Origin: an uncultured delta proteobacterium | GTDB lineage: Bacteria; Myxococcota; Myxococcia; Myxococcales; Anaeromyxobacteraceae | Length of the DNA: 64,000 nt | Reading direction: 5' to 3' | Assembly (NCBI GenBank): GCA_963828255.1 | Contig: CAWHDZ010000011.1 | Location: 200,008-264,007, forward strand | Part shown: one piece after another, positions 56,215 through 64,000 of the stretch | Numbering within the stretch: the stretch's first letter is position 1 | How the letters are laid out: every line of letters begins with the position of its first letter | Made by a program: the position numbers and the translations under genes | The notes under the pieces: model-generated | What the model was told of the DNA's origin: nothing | Seen by the model: only the letters and a program-made list of their open reading frames with translations | Databases searched by the model: none

Positions 56215-56805
56215 ATGACCCCGACCCCGCGAATCGCCACGTACCACCGTGTTTCGACGTTCGACCAAGATCCCGCCCTGGCCCGCACGGAACTACGCGA
56301 AGCCGCCTCCCGGCTGGGCAGGCTGACGATGGAGGAGGAGGAAGTAGGGAGCGGCGCTCGCAACGACCGGCCGGGCTGGCAGCGCATCCTAGAGGCCGCT
56401 CGCCGGGGTCAGATCGATACCGTGGTTGTTTGGAAGTTGGACCGTGCGGGACGCAGCACGCTCGACCTACTTGCAAACATCGAAGCCTTGCAGACAGCCG
56501 GCGTCCGCTTCCTGGCCATCACCCAGGGGCTAGACATCAAGCCGACCGGCGACGCTGTGTCGAAGATGCTCCTTACGATGCTGGCCGCCGTGGCGACGTT
56601 CGAGAGGGATCTGATCCGTGAGCGTACGCGGCTAGGACTTGCCAGGGCTCGCCAACGCGGCGTGCGGCTAGGCGGGCGCCCGGTCCTGTCACGCTCCCAG
56701 GTAGCCAAGGTGAAGGGGCTCCGGGAGCGAGGGGCTAGTTGGTCGGAGGTCTGCGAGGCGGTGGGCTGCTCAAGCGGGACGGCAAGGCGAGCCGCCGCGC
56801 TGTAG
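56215..56805 (+). CDS. Serine recombinase (resolvase/invertase family)
   Basis: YHRVST, SGARNDRPG, VWKLDRAGRS, ERDLIRERT, C-terminal HTH. Confidence 0.93.
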   Translation: MTPTPRIATYHRVSTFDQDPALARTELREAASRLGRLTMEEEEVGSGARNDRPGWQRILEAARRGQIDTVVVWKLDRAGRSTLDLLANIEALQTAGVRFLAITQGLDIKPTGDAVSKMLLTMLAAVATFERDLIRERTRLGLARARQRGVRLGGRPVLSRSQVAKVKGLRERGASWSEVCEAVGCSSGTARRAAAL

Positions 56806-56820
56806 CCAAGCACAGATACA

Positions 56821-56860
56821 AGAACGCCCCGGCTGCCGGCTGGCTGTCGGGGGCGTTTCT
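56821..56860. terminator. Hairpin between the resolvase and the convergent operon
   Basis: AACGCCCC...GGGGCGTT stem. Confidence 0.65.
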
Positions 56861-56882
56861 ACGTCCGGGGCTGACTCGCTGG

Positions 56883-56963
56883 TTAGTCGGCTGGCTCCAC
56901 GAAGGCCACCACGTACACCACGGCGCCGACGAGGAAGCAGAGCAGGGCGAAGGGCGGGATCAC
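56883..56963 (-). CDS. 26-aa hydrophobic peptide
   Basis: MIPPFALLCFLVGAVVYVVAFVEPAD; GTG overlaps the upstream TGA. Confidence 0.45.
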   Translation of the reverse strand: MIPPFALLCFLVGAVVYVVAFVEPAD

Positions 56964-57175
56964 GGCGCCACCGCTTCCGCTGACGCCACCGGGCGCCGAC
57001 AGAGTTTGTGGACGACCACGATCAGCGGCGAGCCGGCGTGCTGCCGCTCCATCGCCGCGATCTGATCCGGGGTGTCGTCAGAGTAGGCAACCACCGTGGC
57101 AAGGGCTGGAGGGGTGAGCCCGGCCGCGACACGGGCCGCCTGGACGCGCTCCGACAGCGCAGCGATCCGCGCCAT
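56960..57175 (-). CDS. Hypothetical protein (71 aa)
   Basis: AGGA RBS; packed in the operon. Confidence 0.55.
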   Translation of the reverse strand: MARIAALSERVQAARVAAGLTPPALATVVAYSDDTPDQIAAMERQHAGSPLIVVVHKLCRRPVASAEAVAP

Positions 57176-57188
57176 CGACGTCCTGCTA

Positions 57189-57686
57189 CTACCAGCCCGC
57201 CCGGCCGCCAACTGCTGCCCTCCCCAGGGAAGTGATCGAGTCCAACTCAGCCGTCAGATCGGCCAACTTAGCGTCAAGCTCGATGTCGCCCTTCAACGCC
57301 CGGGCATGACTGAGGATGTCGCTAGCACTTTGCCTACGAACCGAATCACTAGACGACGATCGGGCAAGGTCAGCGAGGATGGCCACGGCCTCGCCGCACA
57401 GGGACGCTGCCCGGGAGGCTGCCGAGCGGACCATATCGCCCCGCGCCTCCGTCAGTCGCTCTTGGACGTCCCGGCGCCGTAGCTCCTCGTAGGCCGTCGC
57501 CCTAGCCATCCCGGCCTTCCTCGCCGCATCGACCACGCTGTCCCCTGCGAGCATCCCGGACAAAAGGGCGTCGATCTGGATCTCCCGCCGTGGGCGCCGA
57601 TCCCTGGCTTCGATCGCCTCTACCGGACGGGTCCCGACACTTCCGGTCTGCCCGGTGCTGCCCGGAGTCTCCTCAACGGCCATCAT
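57189..57686 (-). CDS. HTH protein resembling a phage terminase small subunit
   Basis: VVDAARKAGMARATAY HTH, long helices, SDSVRRQSASDIL, coiled-coil tail. Confidence 0.55.
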   Translation of the reverse strand: MMAVEETPGSTGQTGSVGTRPVEAIEARDRRPRREIQIDALLSGMLAGDSVVDAARKAGMARATAYEELRRRDVQERLTEARGDMVRSAASRAASLCGEAVAILADLARSSSSDSVRRQSASDILSHARALKGDIELDAKLADLTAELDSITSLGRAAVGGRAGW

Positions 57687-57874
57687 GCTGCGCTCCTCTC
57701 GGTTTGCTCTGCCTGCCTGCCCTGGCTCTGCCTGGGGTGTGCTTCCCGTCGATGGGCGACGACCGCAGCGGAGGCAATCAGGGACGCCCCGACGCCTCCC
57801 GCATCACGGGCCACCACCGCGTAACTGCACTCGCCACACGATCCCCGCGCCTCGTTCGCTTCCAGCTTCCGCAT
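57683..57874 (-). CDS. Small putative zinc-finger protein
   Basis: CGEC...HRREAH; GGAG upstream; ATGA overlap with the next ORF. Confidence 0.45.
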   Translation of the reverse strand: MRKLEANEARGSCGECSYAVVARDAGGVGASLIASAAVVAHRREAHPRQSQGRQAEQTERSAA

Positions 57875-58053
57875 CTCCGTCGCTCCTGTAGCCCCGTAGA
57901 CGCACGGGACGCGCTTGCCCCCATCCCCGGTCGTCCAGGCGCTTAAAGTCGCGCCACGGCCGTCCTGCTCATCGGGTCGAAAAACACGCCCAGAAAGCTC
58001 TGCGATACCGGAAGCCTGCGAGGGCGGAAAATGCCCTCCGCGCATCTCCGACG

Positions 58054-58272
58054 TCAGCGGCCCCCAGGGACATCGGGACCACCACGCGACGCCTCAACGG
58101 CCAGGACCGCATCCACCGGGAAGCGCCGCAGGCGAGCGGACAGCCGGACGGGCGTCAGCGCCCCGCGCTCTACCAGCCGGTCGATGGTCCTAACCGAGCA
58201 GCCCCACCGGGTAGCCAGGGCAGAGGCGCTCATCATCGGGACGGGGGAAGCGTCGGGGGCGAGGGATGGCAT
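58054..58272 (-). CDS. AlpA/excisionase-like HTH protein
   Basis: ALATRWGCSVRTIDRLVERGAL.PVRL...RRF. Confidence 0.7.
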   Translation of the reverse strand: MPSLAPDASPVPMMSASALATRWGCSVRTIDRLVERGALTPVRLSARLRRFPVDAVLAVEASRGGPDVPGGR

Positions 58273-58806
58273 CACAGGGAATGGACGCGCCGGGTCCGCT
58301 GCTGGCGACAGGTCCCGACAGGTCCCGCCACCGGAGCCCGCGCAAGACCCTGCACGGGCGTATGGCGCGGTGCGCACCTGGAGCCCCTGGAATCAGGACG
58401 TTGCCCAACAATCGCGCACACCGCTGCACGGTTATCACGCACAACGGATCCCGGCCTCCGGCGCCTGTGACGATTTCACTTGACTTTTTTTCCTACAGAT
58501 GATGGCGCGGATATTGCTCCTTGTTTCATGGCCCGCGCCGCAAGGCGACCAAGGGCAGCAGGACGGGCAGCACAGGGCCATCGCCGGTTGGATGCTAGCG
58601 AACCCGAAGGCCGCCCCAGACCTCCCCCCGGCAAGGGTCCACCGACCAGCTACCGAGGGAAGAGGCGCGACGGCCGTAAGAAATCAGACCCGGATGTCAT
58701 CGTAGGGCCGCTCGCAGCGGGACGCTCCGCACCCCGCAAGACACCACCCACCCGACAAGCCCCGCAGGGCCCCGGATGGACGCAGCGCGGAACTTGGAGA
58801 ATCACC

Positions 58807-61188
58807 GTGACCACCGATGGAAGCACTCCCGACCAGGGAGCGGCGACTACTGCTGCCGTGGATACCTACGTCCCAAACCCGCAGAGCCGAGATGCGGCGA
58901 AGCGGTACGCGGAACTACTCACAGGCTCGCCCGATGGCGTGCTGGCGCTCCGCACCATCCGGGACCACGACGCAGCACCAGCGTCGGCAGGCAACCGATA
59001 CGGAACGATAGACCAACTTCACGATGCCCTCTGCGACGACAACGACCTCGGGGGCGGCATCTTCGCCACAGTCCAAGAGACAGATGGACGAGGAGCAAAG
59101 ACCGAGAACATCAAGGCTGCGCGGGCCCTGTTCGTTGACGATGACCATGGCGTAATCGACCCCGCTGCGCTGGCCGTACCACCATCCTTCATCGTCAGGA
59201 CGTCGCCAGGGAAGAAGCATCTCTACTGGCTCTTGGTGCCCGGCGAACCCGTCACCGCAGTTGGGCCAGCACTCAAGGCCATTGCTGCGAAGCTGGGCGG
59301 CGACCGGAACGTCTGCGACATCGCCCGCGTGCTCCGCGTCCCCGGCTACTTCCACGGCAAAAACCCCGAGCGCACGCACCTCGTCACCATCGAGGCAGCC
59401 GATCCCTCGCTCCGCTACCGCACCGCTGACGTCCTGGCCGGCCTGGGGGCGACCAAGGAAGAAGCCCCGCCGCTCACCGTTCCGGCCGCCCCCGCCGACG
59501 AGCCGCGCCCCGTGTCTCGCGTGCTGTCCGCTGCCACCTTGTCCGGTGCGTCGCCGGTAGCGAGGGCGACCGCGTACATCGCTACGATCCCGGGAACGGC
59601 CGAGGGAGGGAGGAACGGGCAGGCATACAAAGTGGCGTGTCGGCTCGTGCGGGACTTCGCGCTCCCCGACGCTGACGCCCTTGCCGTGCTGGCCGGCTGG
59701 AATCAGCGCAACTCCCCACCCCTGCCGCACGCTGAACTAGAAGCGGTGGTCAGGAGCGCCGGGGGATACGCCACCGGAACGGCCGGCGCGAAGCTGAACG
59801 AGGCGCCGCCGCTGGGCGTCAGGCCCCACGCCATCACGACCCCAACCGCCACGGCCTTGCAGGCGGTAGCCAAAGCCGTAGCCGACGAGCTGGCCGATGG
59901 CTGGCACACGTTCACGCTGACGGACCTCCTGACGGCGCCAGAGCCCAAGCCGATGCTCTGGGAGGCAGCCATCCCTGCCGGCGACGTAGGTTCGCTCATC
60001 GCCCCCGGTGGCGTTGGGAAAACCTCGCTCTTGACCGGACTGGCGATCCACCGCCTCGTGGGGCGTCCCTTCCTGGGGCGAGCCGTCATGGAGGGCGAAA
60101 CGGTTGTCCTGAGCACCGAGGACCGCGCCGCTGACTACAAGGCGAAGATCGCTCAATGGTGCCTCCACCTGGGCCTAAACCCGCAGGCGGTGGCCAGCCG
60201 GATCCACCTCGTTGACGCCCACGGCACGGGGTTCCGACTCGTCACCGGGATGGGTAACTCGTTCACCACCTCGCCGGACGTCGCCTCGCTCATCGACCTG
60301 ATCAAGACGAGGGCGCCGAGGGCCAACCATGTAGTGATCGAGACTGTCAGCCGGATGGGCGGCGACGAGAGCAACCCGGCCATGAGCGCCATCATCTCGG
60401 CCGCTGAGCGGGTAGCCAGGGAGACAGGCTGCGCCATCACCCTTGTCCACCACACCTCCAAGGCTGCCGCCCGTGATGGCTCCATGGACGAGTTTGGCTC
60501 CCGTGGCGGTGGCGCGCTGTCGGACAACGGGCGGTACACGATTCGCCTTGCCTCGTGGCCGACCGATAAGCGCAGCGCCGCAGAGATGAGCCGGCTCCTG
60601 GGATTCGAGCCGTCCGAGGGGATGCGCGATGCGCTCCTCATTCTCACCGTTCCCAAAATCAACGCAGCGCGGAAGTGGAAGCCAACCGTGCTGGAAAAGG
60701 TCGAGGGCCAATGGGCCCTGACGTTCCGGGTCTACTCTGGGACCGACAGGGCAGCCGAGGACCGGGAGGGGGCTACCAGGGTCAGGAGGCACGAGACAGG
60801 CAGGCGGCTGGGCAGCCTCGTGGAGCGGCTGACGTCCATGGGGATCAAGGCCACCAAGGCGAAACTCAGGGGCGAGTACCGGGAGGGCACCGGGTTGACG
60901 CGGGACGCCATCAGCGGCGCGCTCATGAACGCCGTGGATGATGGCTTCCTGGCCATCGCGGGGACGGCCAAGGGAGGCGACGTCTACATCCCAGGACCCC
61001 GGCAAGTGCCCGCCGCGCCGGCCCTCCCTTCTCCCCTGGTTACTACCAAGGCCGATCCAAACAGAACCAAAGAACAGGCCGTAGATGATGACGGCCATCT
61101 TTTTCCTATAGGCCGCCGTCATGATCTGGGAGGGGTAGACGCACCCATCCAGGGCTCCTGGAGCGGCAAGGTGGTGGCGAATGCTTAG
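58807..61188 (+). CDS. Primase-helicase fusion (RepB-like AEP primase, PriCT, AAA_25/RepA-like helicase)
   Basis: FVDDD, RTSPGKKHLYW, RVLRVPG; EGGRN...WNQRNSPPL; APGGVGKT, LVHHTSK; GTG start with GGAGA RBS. Confidence 0.88.
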   Translation: MTTDGSTPDQGAATTAAVDTYVPNPQSRDAAKRYAELLTGSPDGVLALRTIRDHDAAPASAGNRYGTIDQLHDALCDDNDLGGGIFATVQETDGRGAKTENIKAARALFVDDDHGVIDPAALAVPPSFIVRTSPGKKHLYWLLVPGEPVTAVGPALKAIAAKLGGDRNVCDIARVLRVPGYFHGKNPERTHLVTIEAADPSLRYRTADVLAGLGATKEEAPPLTVPAAPADEPRPVSRVLSAATLSGASPVARATAYIATIPGTAEGGRNGQAYKVACRLVRDFALPDADALAVLAGWNQRNSPPLPHAELEAVVRSAGGYATGTAGAKLNEAPPLGVRPHAITTPTATALQAVAKAVADELADGWHTFTLTDLLTAPEPKPMLWEAAIPAGDVGSLIAPGGVGKTSLLTGLAIHRLVGRPFLGRAVMEGETVVLSTEDRAADYKAKIAQWCLHLGLNPQAVASRIHLVDAHGTGFRLVTGMGNSFTTSPDVASLIDLIKTRAPRANHVVIETVSRMGGDESNPAMSAIISAAERVARETGCAITLVHHTSKAAARDGSMDEFGSRGGGALSDNGRYTIRLASWPTDKRSAAEMSRLLGFEPSEGMRDALLILTVPKINAARKWKPTVLEKVEGQWALTFRVYSGTDRAAEDREGATRVRRHETGRRLGSLVERLTSMGIKATKAKLRGEYREGTGLTRDAISGALMNAVDDGFLAIAGTAKGGDVYIPGPRQVPAAPALPSPLVTTKADPNRTKEQAVDDDGHLFPIGRRHDLGGVDAPIQGSWSGKVVANA

Positions 61189-61888
61189 CCACCGCCAGCC
61201 GGACGCGGCGCCCGTCCATTACCCTGTGACCGTCATGGGGCCCCCTCCTGGCCCAACTGCGCATGACGGCAGCGCCGCTCCCGGGAACCTACCCCGGTCG
61301 AGCGGCGTAGCTGTCTCTGGGGCCGCTCCCCGGCCCTCCTCCCCCAACCACCGCCAACCCCTCGACCCCGGCCTTCAACGGCTCAGGGGGTCGCTGTGGC
61401 GCGTCCTGCGCTGGATTCCGTACCAGGAGCGGGACCTACGCCATGACGTAGAGGCCAACGGGATAGCGGCCTATCTGGAAGCCCGCAATAGGGGTCAGTC
61501 CGAGGACCAGGCCATCGACGCTGGCGTGAAGGCCGCTGACCGGGCGCGCCGGCCGGCGGGGACCAGAGCGAAGGTCGTCCGGTTCGTCAGCGATGGCCTC
61601 CCCGCCATCCAACGTGAGGCCGAGATTGCCGGCGCCACGTTCCAGCCCAGCCACGACTGGACGGCCGATGGGGTACTGGGCGAGCTACCAGAGAAGGAAC
61701 GAGCGGTGGCGCGGCTGGTCTGGATCGAAGGGATGAGCCAGTTTGAGGCTGCCGCCGCCCTGGGCATCTCTCGCCATGCCGTCAGGACCCGACTGGAACG
61801 GGCTAAGACCATCGCCGCTGACGTCATGCGCCGGCCACTACGGCAGGCCGTGGCGCCGACCATTCGCCGGAAGGGGGCCGAGGCATGA
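61181..61888 (+). CDS. Sigma-70 region-4 / ECF-like HTH protein
   Basis: LPEKERAVARLVWIEGMSQFEAAAALGISRHAVRTRLERA; start uncertain. Confidence 0.75.
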   Translation: MLSHRQPDAAPVHYPVTVMGPPPGPTAHDGSAAPGNLPRSSGVAVSGAAPRPSSPNHRQPLDPGLQRLRGSLWRVLRWIPYQERDLRHDVEANGIAAYLEARNRGQSEDQAIDAGVKAADRARRPAGTRAKVVRFVSDGLPAIQREAEIAGATFQPSHDWTADGVLGELPEKERAVARLVWIEGMSQFEAAAALGISRHAVRTRLERAKTIAADVMRRPLRQAVAPTIRRKGAEA

Positions 61889-62388
61889 CCGGGACCCATG
61901 GCGAAGGAACGGTAGCGGTCAGAGCCGTCTGTCACAACCGATCCGTGACCGCGAACGCCCTTCTAGCGGAAGTGCTGGCCGAGGTCAGAGCCCTACGGGC
62001 CGAGAACTCAGCGATGCGACAGGAGATGGCAGCCCGGCTCGCTCCCACGCCATCGGCAGGGCGCAAGCGGGTGCCTGCCAAACTCCTATCGGTTCGCCAC
62101 GCAGCGGAGCGGTTAGGGGTCAGCGCCGGCCGCACGCTGGCTCCCGCCATCGCTGACGGAAGGGTCAAGACGGTCAGCGTCGATGGTAGGCCCCGGGTTC
62201 CCGTGGCCGAGATCGAGCGCATCGAGCGGGACGGGCTACCAGAGGCGAGGAAGGTGCAGCCGGCTAGACCCCTGGCGTCGGACCTTGGCGCAGCCATCGC
62301 CCGGCTCGACCTCGATGCACTTACCGCGCCTTCGCCTTCTTCTTCCCGCCGCGCTTCAACGCAGCGACCTCTGCGCGAAGCCGCCTGA
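61885..62388 (+). CDS. Excisionase-like HTH protein
   Basis: LLSVRHAAERLGVS...IADGRVKTVSVDGRPRVPVAEIER; next to the integrase. Confidence 0.7.
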   Translation: MTGTHGEGTVAVRAVCHNRSVTANALLAEVLAEVRALRAENSAMRQEMAARLAPTPSAGRKRVPAKLLSVRHAAERLGVSAGRTLAPAIADGRVKTVSVDGRPRVPVAEIERIERDGLPEARKVQPARPLASDLGAAIARLDLDALTAPSPSSSRRASTQRPLREAA

Positions 62389-63574
62389 CCTCCTCGACAA
62401 GCTCACCGATGCCGGGCTCCGGTTTAGCGACGGGGCCCAGCTCGTCCATGATCGTCGGAACCTTGGGCGGTGTGCGGATGGGGCCGTAGACATTGTGAAC
62501 CATCTTTGCGTCAGCGTGACCCAGGAACTTCCCCGCATCCGAGTCAGATACGCCGGGCTGCTGGACGGCATGGGTAGCCGCCGTATGCCGCATCCAGGCC
62601 GGCGTAAACTTTGTGACGCCGAGCGCCTTACAGGCCCCACGAACAGCCGCATCGTAGTGACGTCGCGAGAAGCCTCGTTCGCCAGCGAGAAGCGCCTTCG
62701 CGGAACGCAGAGCGTCGGGACCGACCTTGGTGTAGTGCGTGCGTCCGCTTTTGTGCGGCGCCGAGAGGATGGCCACCACGCCGGGCTCCCGCAGGGCTAC
62801 CGGGACGGGTTCGATGATCTCGCCCTTCGTAACGAACCGTTCGATCTCCGTCACGTGCCAGCCGGTCGCTGCACTCACCACGAGGGCGTGACCGTAGCGG
62901 GAGCCCTTGCCGACGAGCAGCCGGTCTATGACCCGGTGGACATCCTCACGTGGAACTACCTTCGACTTACCCTTGGTCTGGGAAACGCCACCCTGCCCTA
63001 CTGGCAACCGGACAACAGGATCCTCGTGAGCCTTGATCCGGCCGGTCTTGGCCAGCCACGCATAAATCGCCTTGATGGCCTCCCGGCGATGGCGCTTCCC
63101 TCCGACCTCTTCCAGAGCCGGCAGCACATGACGGGCGAGGTCTACGCGCCGCAGGTCGAGCGCCCTGCCCTCGCCGTCGCACAGCACCGTCGCCCACCAC
63201 GCGAGATGCTTCCGCTTCTCGGCCAGCCACTTGCCGCTGTTCGCCCCGCCGCCCTCGCTCCTGGGTGCCGACGCGTGGGCGACGTAGGCGGCGATAAGGT
63301 CAGGCGAGAGGTACAGGGGGCCATCGTCGATGCGGAGGCTCTCACCCCGAACGTAGGCCGCAGGGTCCGACCGAAAGCGGGCAAGCTCGTCCAGGGCTTC
63401 CGCTTCCGTGGCCACCGGGAGCGCCTTCTTCCACCGCCGGCCAGCCACCCGCTTGTGGATGTAAAAGACCTCGCGACCGTCAGCGGTGCGCCTCGCGTAA
63501 CCACCGGGCCACGCCCTTGTGGCACCCAACTCCGCTGCCGCTCCGCGACGTCTTTTTGCCTTCACTTTGGCCAT
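62321..63574 (-). CDS. Tyrosine recombinase/integrase with atypical catalytic motifs
   Basis: TGWHVTE, HKSG, AWMRHTAAT, FLGH...VY; GGAGG RBS; adjacent to att/tRNA. Confidence 0.88.
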   Translation of the reverse strand: MAKVKAKRRRGAAAELGATRAWPGGYARRTADGREVFYIHKRVAGRRWKKALPVATEAEALDELARFRSDPAAYVRGESLRIDDGPLYLSPDLIAAYVAHASAPRSEGGGANSGKWLAEKRKHLAWWATVLCDGEGRALDLRRVDLARHVLPALEEVGGKRHRREAIKAIYAWLAKTGRIKAHEDPVVRLPVGQGGVSQTKGKSKVVPREDVHRVIDRLLVGKGSRYGHALVVSAATGWHVTEIERFVTKGEIIEPVPVALREPGVVAILSAPHKSGRTHYTKVGPDALRSAKALLAGERGFSRRHYDAAVRGACKALGVTKFTPAWMRHTAATHAVQQPGVSDSDAGKFLGHADAKMVHNVYGPIRTPPKVPTIMDELGPVAKPEPGIGELVEEVRRLRAEVAALKRGGKKKAKAR

Positions 63575-63593
63575 GCCGGGCCTCCCGGAAACA

Positions 63594-63643
63594 TGGTCCC
63601 ACGGTGGTCCCACGAAGGCAATAACAGCCGGCCCCGTGGGACC
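63594..63643. repeat. Tandem TGGTCCCACG pair plus one inverted copy (putative arm sites)
   Basis: 63594-63614 identical to 54402-54422; inverted CGTGGGACC at 63635-63643. Confidence 0.8.
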
Positions 63644-63668
63644 GGTCTGTCATATTTGCCTTTGTTTA

Positions 63669-63745
<77 letters not shown>

Positions 63746-63765
63746 AAAGCTCACCGAGACGGCCT

Positions 63766-63794
63766 GAGATACCCTTTACGGTCGCGCCCCGCAA
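63766..63794 (-). promoter_or_regulatory. Putative sigma70 promoter of tRNA-Arg
   Basis: TTGCGG-N17-TATCTC on the minus strand. Confidence 0.45.
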
Positions 63795-63846
63795 GGAGCG
63801 TCGCCGCAGAATGACCCTGCCACGCGGGTTTCGATAGGATGCCCGG

Positions 63847-64000
63847 GTGACACGAGAGCCGTTCCTGCGGACGCGCGCCGGCCGTGTGTCGCTGCTGGCG
63901 ATGCTGGTGGTGGACGTCTTCATCCTCCCGGTCCTGCTCTCGGCCGACGCGATCCCGATGCAGCTCGGCGACGTGGTCTTCGCCATCACCATGCTCGTGG
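63847..64000 (+). CDS. Membrane protein, partial (runs off window end)
   Basis: MTREPFLRTRAGRVSLLAMLVVDVFILPVLL...; hydrophobic, host-like codons. Confidence 0.55.
   Translation, partial: MTREPFLRTRAGRVSLLAMLVVDVFILPVLLSADAIPMQLGDVVFAITMLV

Noticed and set aside
58306..58327. Tandem CGACAGGTCC repeat upstream of the AlpA-like gene
   Set aside because: Only two copies; could be an operator, but too little evidence to call.
58480..58806. 109-aa N-terminal extension of the primase-helicase
   Set aside because: Low-complexity translation; the GTG at 58807 has a good RBS, so this is more likely a divergent regulatory region.

Overview
Very GC-rich bacterial chromosome segment. Gene content and order point to Myxococcota, Anaeromyxobacter-like (inference). 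About 54 kb is core genome: a sulfur-relay cluster (DsrE-like, two complementary ThiF/MoeB E1-like proteins, TusA, JAMM protease, cysC, larE); tRNA-Leu; gap-pgk-tpiA-secG; argS; rpsA/ispH/cmk/hisC/accA/miaA/hisS/psd; hutUI; a broken HNH gene; tilS-ftsH-folP-glmM-pdxJ-acpS-nnr-tsaE; amt plus an outer-membrane protein, each under an NtrC-like/sigma54 promoter; lysine-degradation genes kamD/kamE/kal/kce; mtaB; frameshifted mnmA; a hybrid kinase; a CCA-family enzyme; and a Ser/Thr kinase. The last ~9.4 kb (54273-63715) is an element integrated in tRNA-Arg(CCT) and bounded by 47-bp direct repeats. It encodes an atypical tyrosine integrase, an excisionase, a sigma-R4 protein, a primase-helicase, an AlpA-like HTH, a TerS-like protein, a serine resolvase and small cargo genes, but no structural genes, so it resembles a phage satellite. 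Best leads: this satellite-like element, a possible split (heterodimeric) E1 in the sulfur cluster, and an unannotated three-hairpin sRNA/attenuator with a C-rich loop upstream of a small RHH gene. All product calls come from motif recognition by eye; no database searches were run.
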